A DNA stretch of 64,000 nt from Synechococcales cyanobacterium VAR_4_metabat_354 (lineage in GTDB: Bacteria; Cyanobacteriota; Cyanobacteriia; Cyanobacteriales; Chamaesiphonaceae), in the NCBI GenBank assembly GCA_031414775.1, contig JANOQI010000016.1, positions 192,001 to 256,000 of the forward strand, read 5' to 3'. The notes below the pieces were generated by a model. That model saw only the letters and a list, made by a program, of their open reading frames with translations, had not been told where the DNA came from and did no database searches. Positions 19,836 to 31,305 of this stretch are shown piece after piece; position 1 is the first letter of the stretch, and the number at the start of each line of letters is the position of its first letter. Position numbers and translations under genes: made by a program.

Positions 19836-20258
19836 GTGATAGTTCAGCCATTCACTCACAAGCTAGTTGGGGTTGGCCTTATTTGGGATGCCGACCTGCT
19901 GTTGATCGATCGAAGGCGACAGACTGGCTTGTTGGGGGGCTTATGGGAATTTCCGGGGGGCAAGATTGAACCAGGTGAATCCATTCCAGAATGTATTGCC
20001 CGCGAGATTCAAGAAGAGTTGGCTTTACAGGTGGTAGTAGGCGCAGAACTAATCACCATCAAGCATACCTACAGCGAATTTGACGTAACGCTGGTAGTCC
20101 ACCACTGTCAATACTTAGGTGGTGAGCCACAGCCGCTCTCTTGCGACGAAATTCGCTGGGTGAAGGTGGCGGAGCTAGGTAATTATCAGTTTCCAGCAGC
20201 TAATGCTGAGATTGTGGCAGCCTTGGTAGCTCTGAAGAATTTAGATCTTACTTACTGA
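19836..20258 (+). CDS. mutT: MutT-like Nudix hydrolase
   Basis: WEFPGGKIEPGE...AREIQEEL Nudix box and FPAAN. Confidence 0.85.
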   Translation: MIVQPFTHKLVGVGLIWDADLLLIDRRRQTGLLGGLWEFPGGKIEPGESIPECIAREIQEELALQVVVGAELITIKHTYSEFDVTLVVHHCQYLGGEPQPLSCDEIRWVKVAELGNYQFPAANAEIVAALVALKNLDLTY

Positions 20259-20269
20259 AAAGCAGCAAT

Positions 20270-21043
20270 ATGAATTATTGGTACGAAAGCTTAGCAGTAG
20301 CGCAGCGCATCTTAATTGAGCTAGTACGGCGGCGACGCAGCCTAATTTTGTGGGTGATATTTCCATTGTCCTTATTGAGTATTAATAGTCTGGTGGTGGC
20401 GGAGCAAGGAAATATTTCAATTAGCCAAGCTTTAAGCCTGATCGCCCCTTCGGCTCTCATTGGTTCTGCTTTGTTTTTTAGCTGTCTAGGCGGTACCGTG
20501 GCTACTATTGTGGCCGAAAGAGAGCATCTAACTCTAAAGCGACTATTCTTATCACCCTTGAGTGGTCTATCTTACTTTTTGGGTATTTTTATGGCCCATA
20601 GCTGTATTGGGCTAGGTCAGACACTATTGGTTTATACCAGTGCGATGCTCTGGGGTGCTAAGTTTCAGGGGAATTTTTTATTAGTCTTAGCCATCATTCT
20701 ATTAAGCATCATCTCCTATGTGGGGATGGGTTTTATCTTGAGTACCCAACTAGCCAAACGGACTGAAGATGTTAATTCTGTCGTGGCTGCTTTTGGGATT
20801 CCGTTGTTAATTTTGGGTGGAGCATTTTTTCCCACTTCTTTCTTTCCCAAATTACTCCTCCAACTAGCCGAATTTAATCCCGTCTATCATATGAATGAGT
20901 CTTTAGTCGGTGTTTCCAATAATGGCGACTCTTTACTGAAGATCGGCAGGCATCTTAGCTTTTTGTGTACTTTTGCGGCTATGACCTTGGGAACGGCCTG
21001 GTTCTCTTACAATCGCATGTTGAAAAGCGAGAAAAGATTGTAA
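20270..21043 (+). CDS. ABC-2 type transporter permease
   Basis: About six TM segments, ERE..TLKRL..SPL and GGAFFP. Adjacent to an ATPase gene. Confidence 0.85.
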   Translation: MNYWYESLAVAQRILIELVRRRRSLILWVIFPLSLLSINSLVVAEQGNISISQALSLIAPSALIGSALFFSCLGGTVATIVAEREHLTLKRLFLSPLSGLSYFLGIFMAHSCIGLGQTLLVYTSAMLWGAKFQGNFLLVLAIILLSIISYVGMGFILSTQLAKRTEDVNSVVAAFGIPLLILGGAFFPTSFFPKLLLQLAEFNPVYHMNESLVGVSNNGDSLLKIGRHLSFLCTFAAMTLGTAWFSYNRMLKSEKRL

Positions 21044-21100
21044 TCTGGAATTTTAGTATTCCCCAGTGATATCAAAGCTAATTTAGCGTCGTCTTTACCT

Positions 21101-22000
21101 ATGCTCCAAATCAGTGATCTATGCAAAAATTACGGCGCGAGACAGGTCTTAAATAACCTAAATCTCCATGTCACTGCGGGCGAAGTATACGGACTATTGG
21201 GACCCAATGGGGCTGGTAAAACAACGACTATCAATATTCTGTGCAATTTACTATCGTCAGATAGTGGCCAAGTCAAGATTGCTGGCGAAGTGTTATCAGC
21301 AGCGACCAAACGTTGCATTGGAGTAGTACCTCAAGATAACTTGGTCTATCGTAATTTAAGCTGCGCAGAAAATTTAAACTTTTTCGGCCAAATTTACGGC
21401 CTGCGTCGCCGTGAGCGGAAGCAGCGCATTCAAGAATGTTTAGTGGCTGTTAACTTGATCGATCGCACTCATTCTTTAGCCGAAACTTTGAGTGGTGGGA
21501 TGCAACGGCGGTTGAATATTGCTATTTCATTGATGCATCACCCCAAGTTGATTATTTTAGATGAACCCACCACTGGCCTGGATGTGGAAGCTCGTTATGA
21601 GATTTGGGAGCTAATCAGGACATTGCAACAGCAAGGAATAACTATTCTGTTGACAACACACCTTTTAGAAGAAGCAGAACGCCTTTGTCAACGGATTGGC
21701 ATTCTCAAACACGGACGAATTATTGCGGAGGGGACAATCGCCCAGCTGCGTGCCGAAATGCCCGCTAAAGAAATTGTAATGGTACACACTTCCCAGGAAG
21801 AACAAGCTATTCATATTGCCAGCAAGCACGGCTTTGCCCATCGCTTATATGGCAATGAGCTAGCCTTTTGGTTGCCAGCACATCTAGAATTGAAAGAAAT
21901 CCTAGAAATATTTGCTGGTATTGAGTTGGATTCCATTAGCCGTCAACCGGTACGATTAGAACATATCTATTTGGAACTCACCAATCAGTGTCAGTCCTGA
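21101..22000 (+). CDS. ABC transporter ATP-binding protein
   Basis: GPNGAGKTT, LSGGMQRR, LDEPTTGLD and TTH motifs. Confidence 0.93.
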   Translation: MLQISDLCKNYGARQVLNNLNLHVTAGEVYGLLGPNGAGKTTTINILCNLLSSDSGQVKIAGEVLSAATKRCIGVVPQDNLVYRNLSCAENLNFFGQIYGLRRRERKQRIQECLVAVNLIDRTHSLAETLSGGMQRRLNIAISLMHHPKLIILDEPTTGLDVEARYEIWELIRTLQQQGITILLTTHLLEEAERLCQRIGILKHGRIIAEGTIAQLRAEMPAKEIVMVHTSQEEQAIHIASKHGFAHRLYGNELAFWLPAHLELKEILEIFAGIELDSISRQPVRLEHIYLELTNQCQS

Positions 22001-22204
22001 TTAGTCTTGAATATTCACCAATCGAAAACCCATCTGACACTCGTAGGCCGAGGGCTGATCATCAACGGTGCGCTGACTAATTTGTTGGCCGCAGCACAGT
22101 TGCCCTTGTCGCCAGCGTGGTTGGCCTTGAGTGGTTGCCCACAAGCAGCTAGAGCAGATGTCTTGGGGACAAATAATTTGTCGATCGGTCATAATTACGA
22201 GCAT
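22001..22204 (-). CDS. Small Cys-containing conserved hypothetical protein
   Basis: CxxC...GQPRWRQG..C...YECQMGF pattern with GGAGG RBS upstream. Confidence 0.7.
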   Translation of the reverse strand: MLVIMTDRQIICPQDICSSCLWATTQGQPRWRQGQLCCGQQISQRTVDDQPSAYECQMGFRLVNIQD

Positions 22205-22345
22205 CTTATTACCTCCGGTTACTCACCGCAAGTGATATTGCTATTGTAATGGGCTATATTTTTTTTTGATAAATCCGCAACAATTTAAGACTGTCGATCC
22301 TTGGTGAGAAGTCCTCTGGATTAGATATAACGATAGATATTAACC

Positions 22346-23830
22346 CTAACCATTGAGCTTCTGATTCAAGATCTGGTTAGTCAGCTTTGGCTCCGCCCGT
22401 CCCCCAGACTGCTTCATCACCTGACCCACAAAGAACCCCAGTAACTTTGTTTTTCCCGCCCGGTATTGCTCTAACTCCTGCGGATTTGCTGCAATAATCT
22501 CATCAATCAGCGCCGCAATCTCCTCTGGATTTGAGATCGCCGTCATCCCCTTACTTTCCACTAGTTTTTGCACCGAGCCACCTTTTTCAAGCAGCTCTGG
22601 CAGAATTTCCTTAGCAATCTTGCCGCTAATTGTGCCCTTCTCGATCAGCGCCACCAACTCCGCTAAATTCTCTGGCTTCAGACCGATGTCATTGATACTG
22701 ATTTTCTGAGTTTTTAGATAGGAAGTAATATCTCCCATCAACCAGTTAGTGGCTTGCTTGACATCCGCTCCGGCCTCGATCGATCTCTCCAGATACAATG
22801 ATATATCCCGATCGTCGGTCAACACTTGGGCATCGTAGGCAGACAAGCCTAGCTCGGTGACATAGCGCAATCGTTTGACCGCTGGTAGTTCGGGCGACTC
22901 GCTTAACCACTCTTGTTTTTGAGCATCACTCACAATGATCGGAGTCAAATCTGGCTCGGGGAAGTAACGATAATCGCTGGAACCCTCCTTGGCGCGCATA
23001 CTAATGGTGCGCTGAGTACCTTCTTCCCACAGGCGGGTTTCTTGGACAATCTTTTCGCCAGCTTCGACGGCAATTGTCTGCCGCTCAATTTCGTGATCGA
23101 TCGCTCTTTGAATCGCACTAAAGGAGTTCATATTCTTGATTTCTACCTTGGTGCCGAACTCCTTTTGACCGAAAGGTCGAATCGAAATATTGACATCGCA
23201 GCGCAGGGAGCCTTCTTGCATGTTGCCATCGCCCACCCCCAAATAGCGGATGATCCGGCGGATTTCTTGGGCGTATTCAGCGGCTTCTAGGCCAGTCCGC
23301 AGATCTGGTTCCGACACAATTTCCACCAGCGGCACGCCGGTTCGATTAAAATCCACCAGAGAATAAGTGGAGCCAGATAGTCGATCGCTACCAGCATGGA
23401 CGAGCTTCCCGGCATCTTCTTCCATGTGCAGCCGGGTGATACCAATCCGCTTGCGCACTGGATTACCATCGGTATCTAAGGGCGCAATTTCTACCCAACC
23501 ATGCTCGCCGATCGGTAGATCTGACTGGGTAATTTGATAATTCTTCGGTGAATCTGGATAAAAATATTGCTTGCGATCGAACTTGCTATAAGCCGCGATC
23601 GTGGTATTCAAAGCCATGCCTGCTTTCACTGCAAACTCTAAGACCTTTTCATTGAGAACTGGCAATACACCGGGCATCCCCATGCAGACCGGGCAAACAT
23701 TTTGGTTGGGAGGATTGCCAAACTCTGTCGAGCAATTACAAAAAATCTTAGTGGCCGTACTCAATTGACAATGAGTTTCTAGGCCAATAATTGCTTCGTA
23801 CTTAGTTTTGACCGGAGCTGCTGTAACCAT
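22346..23830 (-). CDS. gatB: Asp/Glu-tRNA amidotransferase subunit B
   Basis: IGLETHCQL, FDRKQYFYPD, HMEEDAGK, RCDVNIS and DYRYFPEPDL motifs. Confidence 0.97.
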   Translation of the reverse strand: MVTAAPVKTKYEAIIGLETHCQLSTATKIFCNCSTEFGNPPNQNVCPVCMGMPGVLPVLNEKVLEFAVKAGMALNTTIAAYSKFDRKQYFYPDSPKNYQITQSDLPIGEHGWVEIAPLDTDGNPVRKRIGITRLHMEEDAGKLVHAGSDRLSGSTYSLVDFNRTGVPLVEIVSEPDLRTGLEAAEYAQEIRRIIRYLGVGDGNMQEGSLRCDVNISIRPFGQKEFGTKVEIKNMNSFSAIQRAIDHEIERQTIAVEAGEKIVQETRLWEEGTQRTISMRAKEGSSDYRYFPEPDLTPIIVSDAQKQEWLSESPELPAVKRLRYVTELGLSAYDAQVLTDDRDISLYLERSIEAGADVKQATNWLMGDITSYLKTQKISINDIGLKPENLAELVALIEKGTISGKIAKEILPELLEKGGSVQKLVESKGMTAISNPEEIAALIDEIIAANPQELEQYRAGKTKLLGFFVGQVMKQSGGRAEPKLTNQILNQKLNG

Positions 23831-23866
23831 TATGGAGAAGGCTGGATAGACTGATCAAATTATATC

Positions 23867-24394
23867 TTACGGGCGCAGCGTCGAGGGGTTGCTGATATTA
23901 ACGGTCTCCGCAATCAACCCTGAACCGATATCCTCAGCTGGATCGGCTGGTTGAAATTGACTGAGGGTGGTCATAAAGTCACTAACACCTTGAAATTGCT
24001 GATAGACCGACGCAAACCGCACATAGGCCACCTCATTGAGGGGTTTGAGTAGGGCTAAGACCAAATCACCAATCTCGGCGGTGGTTACTTCACGGCGACT
24101 GCGGGACTGAAGCTGGGCTTCGATTTCATCAACAATCCGCTCCAATGTATCATGAGTCAGACCGGTTTTTTGGCAAGCATGTACCATGCCGCGTAGCAGT
24201 TTAGACCGGTCGAAGTATTCCCGTTCTTCATTGCGTTTAATCACGGTGACCGGAATGAATTCGATCCGTTCGTAGGTAGTAAAGCGGTGCTTGCATTTCA
24301 AACATTCTCGCCGCCGCCGAATGCTCTGCCCGCTTTCTGTCGATCGAGACTCCAGCACGCGGCTATCGGTAAATTGGCAGTAAGGACATTCCAT
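23867..24394 (-). CDS. nrdR: Transcriptional repressor NrdR
   Basis: MECPYC...[16 protein letters not shown] zinc ribbon and [10 protein letters not shown]. Likely start 24394. Confidence 0.95.
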   Translation of the reverse strand: MECPYCQFTDSRVLESRSTESGQSIRRRRECLKCKHRFTTYERIEFIPVTVIKRNEEREYFDRSKLLRGMVHACQKTGLTHDTLERIVDEIEAQLQSRSRREVTTAEIGDLVLALLKPLNEVAYVRFASVYQQFQGVSDFMTTLSQFQPADPAEDIGSGLIAETVNISNPSTLRP

Positions 24395-24528
24395 ATTGAA
24401 CGCAGGTTTGGACAAAGCTACAACCATTATCCATCATGATTGCGAGAGTCTTTGTGCAAATGCGACATTCGCGACTCTCGATTACAATGGGCAGATTGCT
24501 GGTTGCTAATTTTCATCACCTTTTTATT

Positions 24529-25245
24529 TTGCGTTTTGACATCGTTACCCTATTTCCCGATTTCTTTACCTCGCCGCTCTCCTGTGGCCTATTGGGGAAA
24601 GCAATTGCTAAGCAGTTAGCCACAGTGGTGCTCACTAATCCTCGCGACTTTACATTCGATCGACACCACAAAGTCGATGATGAGTCTTATGGGGGCGGCG
24701 TGGGCATGGTTATTAAACCAGAGCCGATCTTTGCGGCGGTGGAATCGCTGCCAGTTTTGCCCAAGCGCTTAGTTTTGATGATGAGTCCGCAGGGCGAAAC
24801 CATTAGCCAGTCAATGCTTTGGGATATGGTGGCCAATTGTGAACAGCTGGTAATTATCTGCGGTCATTACGAAGGCATCGATGAACGGGTGATGAATATT
24901 GTCGATCGAGAGATCTCCCTCGGCGATTTTGTCTTAACCTGTGGCGAAATTCCGGCGCTGACACTGATCAATGGCATTACTAGATTAATTCCGGGCACTG
25001 TTGGTAAATTGGATTCCCTTAAACAAGATAGTTTTGAATCTGGTCTACTCGACTATCCACACTACACTCGTCCGCCAGAATTTCGGGGCTGGCCAGTACC
25101 AGCAGTTTTGACCTCGGGCAACCACAAAAATATCGCCCAGTGGCGCTATGAACAGCAACTCCACCGGACGAAAACGAAAAGGCCAGATTTGTATCAGGCT
25201 TGGCTAGAATTGCAAGCCCACACCAACGATGCCAGCAAAATCTGA
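24529..25245 (+). CDS. trmD: tRNA (guanine-N1)-methyltransferase
   Basis: RFDIVTLFP, VDD..YGGG.GM, CGHYEGIDER, SLGDFVLTCGE and LDYPHYTRP. Likely TTG start at 24529. Confidence 0.95.
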   Translation: MRFDIVTLFPDFFTSPLSCGLLGKAIAKQLATVVLTNPRDFTFDRHHKVDDESYGGGVGMVIKPEPIFAAVESLPVLPKRLVLMMSPQGETISQSMLWDMVANCEQLVIICGHYEGIDERVMNIVDREISLGDFVLTCGEIPALTLINGITRLIPGTVGKLDSLKQDSFESGLLDYPHYTRPPEFRGWPVPAVLTSGNHKNIAQWRYEQQLHRTKTKRPDLYQAWLELQAHTNDASKI

Positions 25246-25851
25246 ATTAAAAGTACTAGAAAGTTGCAATAGTAGCGATGCCCCGCCACCCAAATAAGTG
25301 TCTGCGCCGAGGAGTGCCAGTGGCCTTAAGTCATTTCCACCAGTGCCTGATTGATAGGTGATCCCACCGCCAGCGTGCAGCATAATGAAGGGATTTTCTC
25401 CAAACTGATCATTGCTAGTTATAGGAAAATCATAGGTAATCGGTAATGAAAACTGGGGAAAATTACCCAAAAATATGCTGGGTCTTACCGAAATATTGGT
25501 GCCAACACCAAAACGGCTCACTGCTCCAATCTGGCTACTATTACCAAAAGATACGGCGGGGCCAATATAGTTGCCGTAAGAATTTTGTCTAGTATTAGAG
25601 TTGCTGCTAGACGGTGCTGGTGGCGGGTTATTGGGAGCCGGAGAGTTTGGTGGTGGCGGCGGTGGTGGGGCGCTGACGCCACTGGGAGCTGGATAGGGAG
25701 CTGGATCTCTGCCGGGTACGGGGACGATCCGCTTTTTTTGAGGTTTCTTCTGAGCTAAGCTAATTTTGCCTGGGATGGCAGCTAGATTATCTACCTGCCG
25801 AACATCTGCTTGGTAGAGACTAGGCGGCACCGTGTTGATGGGAGCAATCAT
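25204..25851 (-). CDS. Hypothetical protein with Pro-rich linker and C-terminal beta-barrel-like domain
   Basis: Poly-Pro stretch, alternating beta-strand pattern and terminal GVGLQF. Confidence 0.6.
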   Translation of the reverse strand: MIAPINTVPPSLYQADVRQVDNLAAIPGKISLAQKKPQKKRIVPVPGRDPAPYPAPSGVSAPPPPPPPNSPAPNNPPPAPSSSNSNTRQNSYGNYIGPAVSFGNSSQIGAVSRFGVGTNISVRPSIFLGNFPQFSLPITYDFPITSNDQFGENPFIMLHAGGGITYQSGTGGNDLRPLALLGADTYLGGGASLLLQLSSTFNSDFAGIVGVGLQF

Positions 25852-26059
25852 AATCGTTTAAAAGAGTTTGCGAATGTTGCTGGATATGACGAATCGATAA
25901 TAGTCGCTGTGCCTAGCATACTGCCAATCCAGAAGATTTATAAATTTTCAAAGTTTTTCAGGCTCGTAATAATCACTAAAAACCCACCCCAGAGAAGCTG
26001 GAATGGGTTTTGTAGTAGGAGAATTATCGACAGGTTAATTTACTTGTCTTAACTGTGGG

Positions 26060-27946
26060 TTAGAGAGCCGGGACAAAGCGATCTTTTTCGGGTACTACGG
26101 TGTATTCGGCCACAATCTGGCGTAGTTCATCACCGTTGATGGTTTCTTGTTCGATCAGTAGATCTACCAGCCGATCGACAACTTGACGATTGTCTTTCAT
26201 GATTTTAATTGCTTCCTTATGGCATTCATCAACAATGGCTCTTACTTGGACATCAATCTGGGCGGCTACTTCATCGGAGTAGTCGGCGCGGCTGTTCCAG
26301 CCCCCACCCAAAAATACTTCACCCGATTGACTTTCTAAAGACAGAGGACCTAGCTTAGACATGCCAAATTGAGTCACCATCCGCCGCGCCATGCCAGTAA
26401 CCTGTTGCAAGTCGCCACCCGCACCCGTTGTTACTTCCGAATCACCAAAAACAACTTCTTCAGCTGCCCGACCACCCAAAGCGCCAGAGATTCGGGCGCG
26501 TAGCTGGGAGCGAGATATCAGCATTTGGTCTTCATCGGGGGTAAACCAGGTTAAGCCCAGAGCCTGACCACGCGGAATTAAGGTTACTTTTTGAACTGGA
26601 TCATGCTCCTTCAGCAAGGTGCCCACAATGGCATGACCAACTTCGTGATAAGCAATTAAGCGCTTGCTCTTACCATCTACCAACGGTGTGCCTTCCATAC
26701 CGGCTACTACTCGATCGACCGCATCATCCACTTCTAACATGGTGATGGCATCTTTGCGGCGACGGGCAGTGAGGATCGCGGCTTCGTTGAGTAAGTTGGC
26801 CAAATCGGCACCACTAAAGCCTGGTGTGCGGCGGGCAATAACTTCTAATGAGATATCTTCACCCAGCTTTTTGTTGCGGGAGTGAACATTTAATACTTCC
26901 AAACGACCCTTGATATCGGGGGTATCTACCGTTACCTGTCGATCGAACCGACCAGGGCGCAGCAAGGCCGAATCCAAGACATCTGGGCGGTTAGTGGCCG
27001 CAATGACGATGATGCCGGTGTTGCCCTCAAAACCATCCATTTCGGTCAGCATTTGGTTGAGCGTCTGTTCTCGCTCATCGTTACCACCACCAATACCAGC
27101 GCCCCGTTGGCGACCGACCGCATCAATTTCGTCAATAAAGATCAAACAAGGAGCGTTTTCTTTAGCTTTTTTGAAGAGATCTCGTACCCGGGAGGCACCC
27201 ACCCCGACAAACATTTCTACAAACTCAGAGCCAGAAATACTAAAAAACGGTACACCCGCTTCCCCCGCAATCGCCTTTGCCAACAAAGTTTTGCCGGTTC
27301 CGGGTGGTCCAATTAGCAGTACACCTTTAGGAATCTTGGCACCAACTGCTGTAAATTTCTCGGGCTGTTTGAGAAAAGTAACGACTTCTTGTAGCTCTTC
27401 TTTGGCTTCATCAATGCCAGCGACATCATCAAACATAATGCCAGTCTTGGCATCCATTTGAAACTTGGCTTTGGATTTGCCAAAATTCATAGCTTGGCCA
27501 GGGCCCCCGGGCATGTTGTTGGAACGTCTAAATAGTAAGAACAAACCACTCACCAGCAATACAGGGAAAAGCAGATTCCCTAGAAATCCCCAGACTGCTC
27601 CATCATTCCGGGCGGGATGGCTGTCAAGCTGAATATTAGAATCACGCAAACGAGCAATCAAATCAGGAGCGGTGCCCGGTAGATCTACCCGTAATCTCTG
27701 TACCCGACCATCTAGATCTGGATCCGTTGCTTGGACGATTGCCGTTTTGCCACCATCATACAAATCTACACTCACCACTCGGCGGGCATCAAGATATTCT
27801 AGGAACCGGCCATAGGTCATCCGGGCACTGGCAGTATTCTTACCTGGTTCACCGGTCAGGCCGGGGGATAATCCCTGCCAGAGGAAGAATCCAATCACCA
27901 AGAGCGGAACCGACCATAGGAGGGCTATGCGCCAAGAAAATTTCAT
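26060..27946 (-). CDS. ftsH2: ATP-dependent zinc metalloprotease FtsH (FtsH2 type)
   Basis: [22 protein letters not shown] region and HEVGH zinc motif. Confidence 0.93.
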   Translation of the reverse strand: MKFSWRIALLWSVPLLVIGFFLWQGLSPGLTGEPGKNTASARMTYGRFLEYLDARRVVSVDLYDGGKTAIVQATDPDLDGRVQRLRVDLPGTAPDLIARLRDSNIQLDSHPARNDGAVWGFLGNLLFPVLLVSGLFLLFRRSNNMPGGPGQAMNFGKSKAKFQMDAKTGIMFDDVAGIDEAKEELQEVVTFLKQPEKFTAVGAKIPKGVLLIGPPGTGKTLLAKAIAGEAGVPFFSISGSEFVEMFVGVGASRVRDLFKKAKENAPCLIFIDEIDAVGRQRGAGIGGGNDEREQTLNQMLTEMDGFEGNTGIIVIAATNRPDVLDSALLRPGRFDRQVTVDTPDIKGRLEVLNVHSRNKKLGEDISLEVIARRTPGFSGADLANLLNEAAILTARRRKDAITMLEVDDAVDRVVAGMEGTPLVDGKSKRLIAYHEVGHAIVGTLLKEHDPVQKVTLIPRGQALGLTWFTPDEDQMLISRSQLRARISGALGGRAAEEVVFGDSEVTTGAGGDLQQVTGMARRMVTQFGMSKLGPLSLESQSGEVFLGGGWNSRADYSDEVAAQIDVQVRAIVDECHKEAIKIMKDNRQVVDRLVDLLIEQETINGDELRQIVAEYTVVPEKDRFVPAL

Positions 27947-28151
27947 ATGCTATCTGCCTTTAATAGAGGTTTATATTAAGTTCCACAGGTGGAAAGAGGT
28001 GGGTGTAGCCGAAATCTAAAGTTAGAGATTTCTACAACTAAGTGGATGGGAGGTGATTGCTTCTTAAACAAATGTAACGTAATTCTCAGATTTCCGGCAA
28101 GCTAGCTGTTAATTTTTTGTCGATCGATACGGCTAGTTTGGACCGACCGAC

Positions 28152-28183
28152 AAAACCCCGACCTCCAGTAGAAGTCAGGGTTT
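28152..28183 (-). terminator. petH terminator
   Basis: Minus strand AAACCCTGACTTC-TACT-GGAGGTCGGGGTTTT hairpin about 20 bp after the petH stop. Confidence 0.7.
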
Positions 28184-28202
28184 CCATCATAAAATGGGCT
28201 AT

Positions 28203-29399
<1,197 letters not shown>

Positions 29400-29722
29400 T
29401 TATTTTTAAGAATGGTGAGCGCACCTGCTAGATACGCCCGTCAGCTTACCGGATTCTGACTTCATCGCACAAGAGGCTAGCCCCTTGTGCATTAACCTGC
29501 TTTAGAAAAATATTATAAGCAGTCTGACTGTTAGAGTGTTCGCCAATTACCATTCTTGATCGAGATCGCACCAAGCGCTTGATAATCTGGGAGTCTATTG
29601 TGATGGATACTGCCTTCTGCTAGAATTTTGTATCGACTTATATTCGGCTCCAATAATCGGTATTTATTGGCCGTGCTCAGGTTGTTATATATAGATTTAA
29701 TTTTTGAATTTAGAGGGTTTCT

Positions 29723-30730
29723 ATGACTATTCAGGTGGATCGAGTAGTAATAATTGGTGTTGCTGGCGACTCTGGTTGCGGTAAATCAACTTTTTTGCGA
29801 CGCATTACCGATTTATTTGGGGAATCATTTGTCACAGTGATTTGTCTGGACGATTACCATAGCTTGGATCGCTATCAGCGCAAAGAAACTGGCATCACAG
29901 CTCTCGATCCCCGAGCGAATAACTTCGACTTGATGGCCGAGCAAATTAAAACGCTCAAGCAAGGTAAATCGATCCAGAAGCCGATTTACAACCATGAGAC
30001 TGGTTTACTCGATCCACCAGAACTGATTGAACCCAACCATGTAATTGTCGTAGAGGGTTTACATCCTCTCTATGACGAACGAGTACGTGATCTACTGGAC
30101 TTTAGTGTTTACCTAGACATTAGTGATGCCGTGAAGATTGAGTGGAAGATTCAGCGCGATATGGCTGAACGTGGTCACAGCTACGACGAAGTTTTGAAAG
30201 CGATCGAATCACGGCGACCAGATTTTTCTGCTTATATCGAACCCCAACGTGGTCATGCTGATGTCGTAATTCAGGTACTACCGACTAATTTGGTACCAGC
30301 CGATCAAAAGAGCGAATTATTGCGAGTGCGCTTAATTCAAAGAGAGGGTGCTGCTGGTTTGCCTGAGCCTTCTTATCTATTTGATGAAGGTTCTACCATC
30401 AACTGGCGACCATGTGGTCGCAAGTTAACTTGTAGTTATCCTGGCATCACCATGTTTTATGGTCCTGATGATTATTACGGTCACGAGGTTTCTGTTTTAG
30501 AAATCGATGGTCAGCTCGAGAACCTAGAAGAAGTGAAGTACATTGAAACTCACCTCAGCAAGATTTCGACCAAGTTTGAAGGAGAAATGACCAAGTTATT
30601 GCTCCAGCATAAAGAATATCCTGGTTCCAATAATGGCACTGGTCTCTTTCAGGTATTGGTTGGTCTGAAAATGCGTGAGACCTACGAGCGGCTCACTCAG
30701 AAAGAAGCTGTTGTAGGTGCCAAGGCTTAG
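29723..30730 (+). CDS. prk: Phosphoribulokinase
   Basis: GDSGCGKST, KIQRDMAERGH and CGRKLTCSYPG motifs. Divergent from petH. Confidence 0.97.
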   Translation: MTIQVDRVVIIGVAGDSGCGKSTFLRRITDLFGESFVTVICLDDYHSLDRYQRKETGITALDPRANNFDLMAEQIKTLKQGKSIQKPIYNHETGLLDPPELIEPNHVIVVEGLHPLYDERVRDLLDFSVYLDISDAVKIEWKIQRDMAERGHSYDEVLKAIESRRPDFSAYIEPQRGHADVVIQVLPTNLVPADQKSELLRVRLIQREGAAGLPEPSYLFDEGSTINWRPCGRKLTCSYPGITMFYGPDDYYGHEVSVLEIDGQLENLEEVKYIETHLSKISTKFEGEMTKLLLQHKEYPGSNNGTGLFQVLVGLKMRETYERLTQKEAVVGAKA

Positions 30731-30755
30731 ACTAGTCTATCCTCAAAATTTGTTC

Positions 30756-30793
30756 AGCCGTGGAGATATAATTGATGTCTCGGCGGCTTTTTT
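30756..30793 (+). terminator. prk terminator
   Basis: AGCCG..GAGATAT-AATTG-ATGTCTC..CGGCT followed by a T run. Confidence 0.6.
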
Positions 30794-30806
30794 ACAGGAG
30801 TGGGTT

Positions 30807-31055
30807 ATGGTGCAGCTAGCGATCGTTGTTTTCTTCGGACTATTTGCCGTCGTCGAAATTTATCAGTCAATTAAAAATATTCAACTGCCATTGCCCATAT
30901 ATTTAGCTTTGGGTATTGCGCTGGCTGTTGTTTCTAACTTGTCGGTATTAAATCAGACTAAAACCGTTCATCCGCCGCTGTCTGCTGCTATTACTGCCCC
31001 GACTACTAATTTAGTGGCGCAGGAGGAAGCTCAAATAGTATCCAGCATTAACTAA
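30807..31055 (+). CDS. Small hypothetical membrane protein
   Basis: AGGAG RBS then MVQLAIVVFFGLFAVVEIYQ...LPLPIYLALGIALAVVSN (two TM segments). Confidence 0.65.
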   Translation: MVQLAIVVFFGLFAVVEIYQSIKNIQLPLPIYLALGIALAVVSNLSVLNQTKTVHPPLSAAITAPTTNLVAQEEAQIVSSIN

Positions 31056-31295
31056 CGATGTAATGCCTGCTCCCAGGATGACCCCCTTGATGATGCCCCA
31101 CCGCTCTTCATACCGTAGGAAAATAATGATGGGGATGATGTAAAGAAACTGGGAAAAGCCGATCGAAGACCAAAGATAGGAAAATAAAACTGAGAGGGGA
31201 ACGCCCAAAATACAAATTGCTAAAAATACTAAGTTGAGAATTAAAATCCCAACTAATCCTCTTAATATTGCTATTAATTCACGCCATTTAACCAT
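31011..31295 (-). CDS. Small hypothetical membrane protein
   Basis: Three hydrophobic segments. Follows the ABC ATPase gene on the same strand. Confidence 0.55.
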   Translation of the reverse strand: MVKWRELIAILRGLVGILILNLVFLAICILGVPLSVLFSYLWSSIGFSQFLYIIPIIIFLRYEERWGIIKGVILGAGITSLVNAGYYLSFLLRH

Positions 31296-31305
31296 ATTGA
31301 GATAA

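Noticed and set aside
26664..27963. Plus-strand ORFs (up to 183 aa) inside ftsH, and similar shadow ORFs in nadE, gatB, polA, chlLBN and mutL
   Set aside because: Antisense or alternate-frame by-products of well-supported genes, with no motifs.
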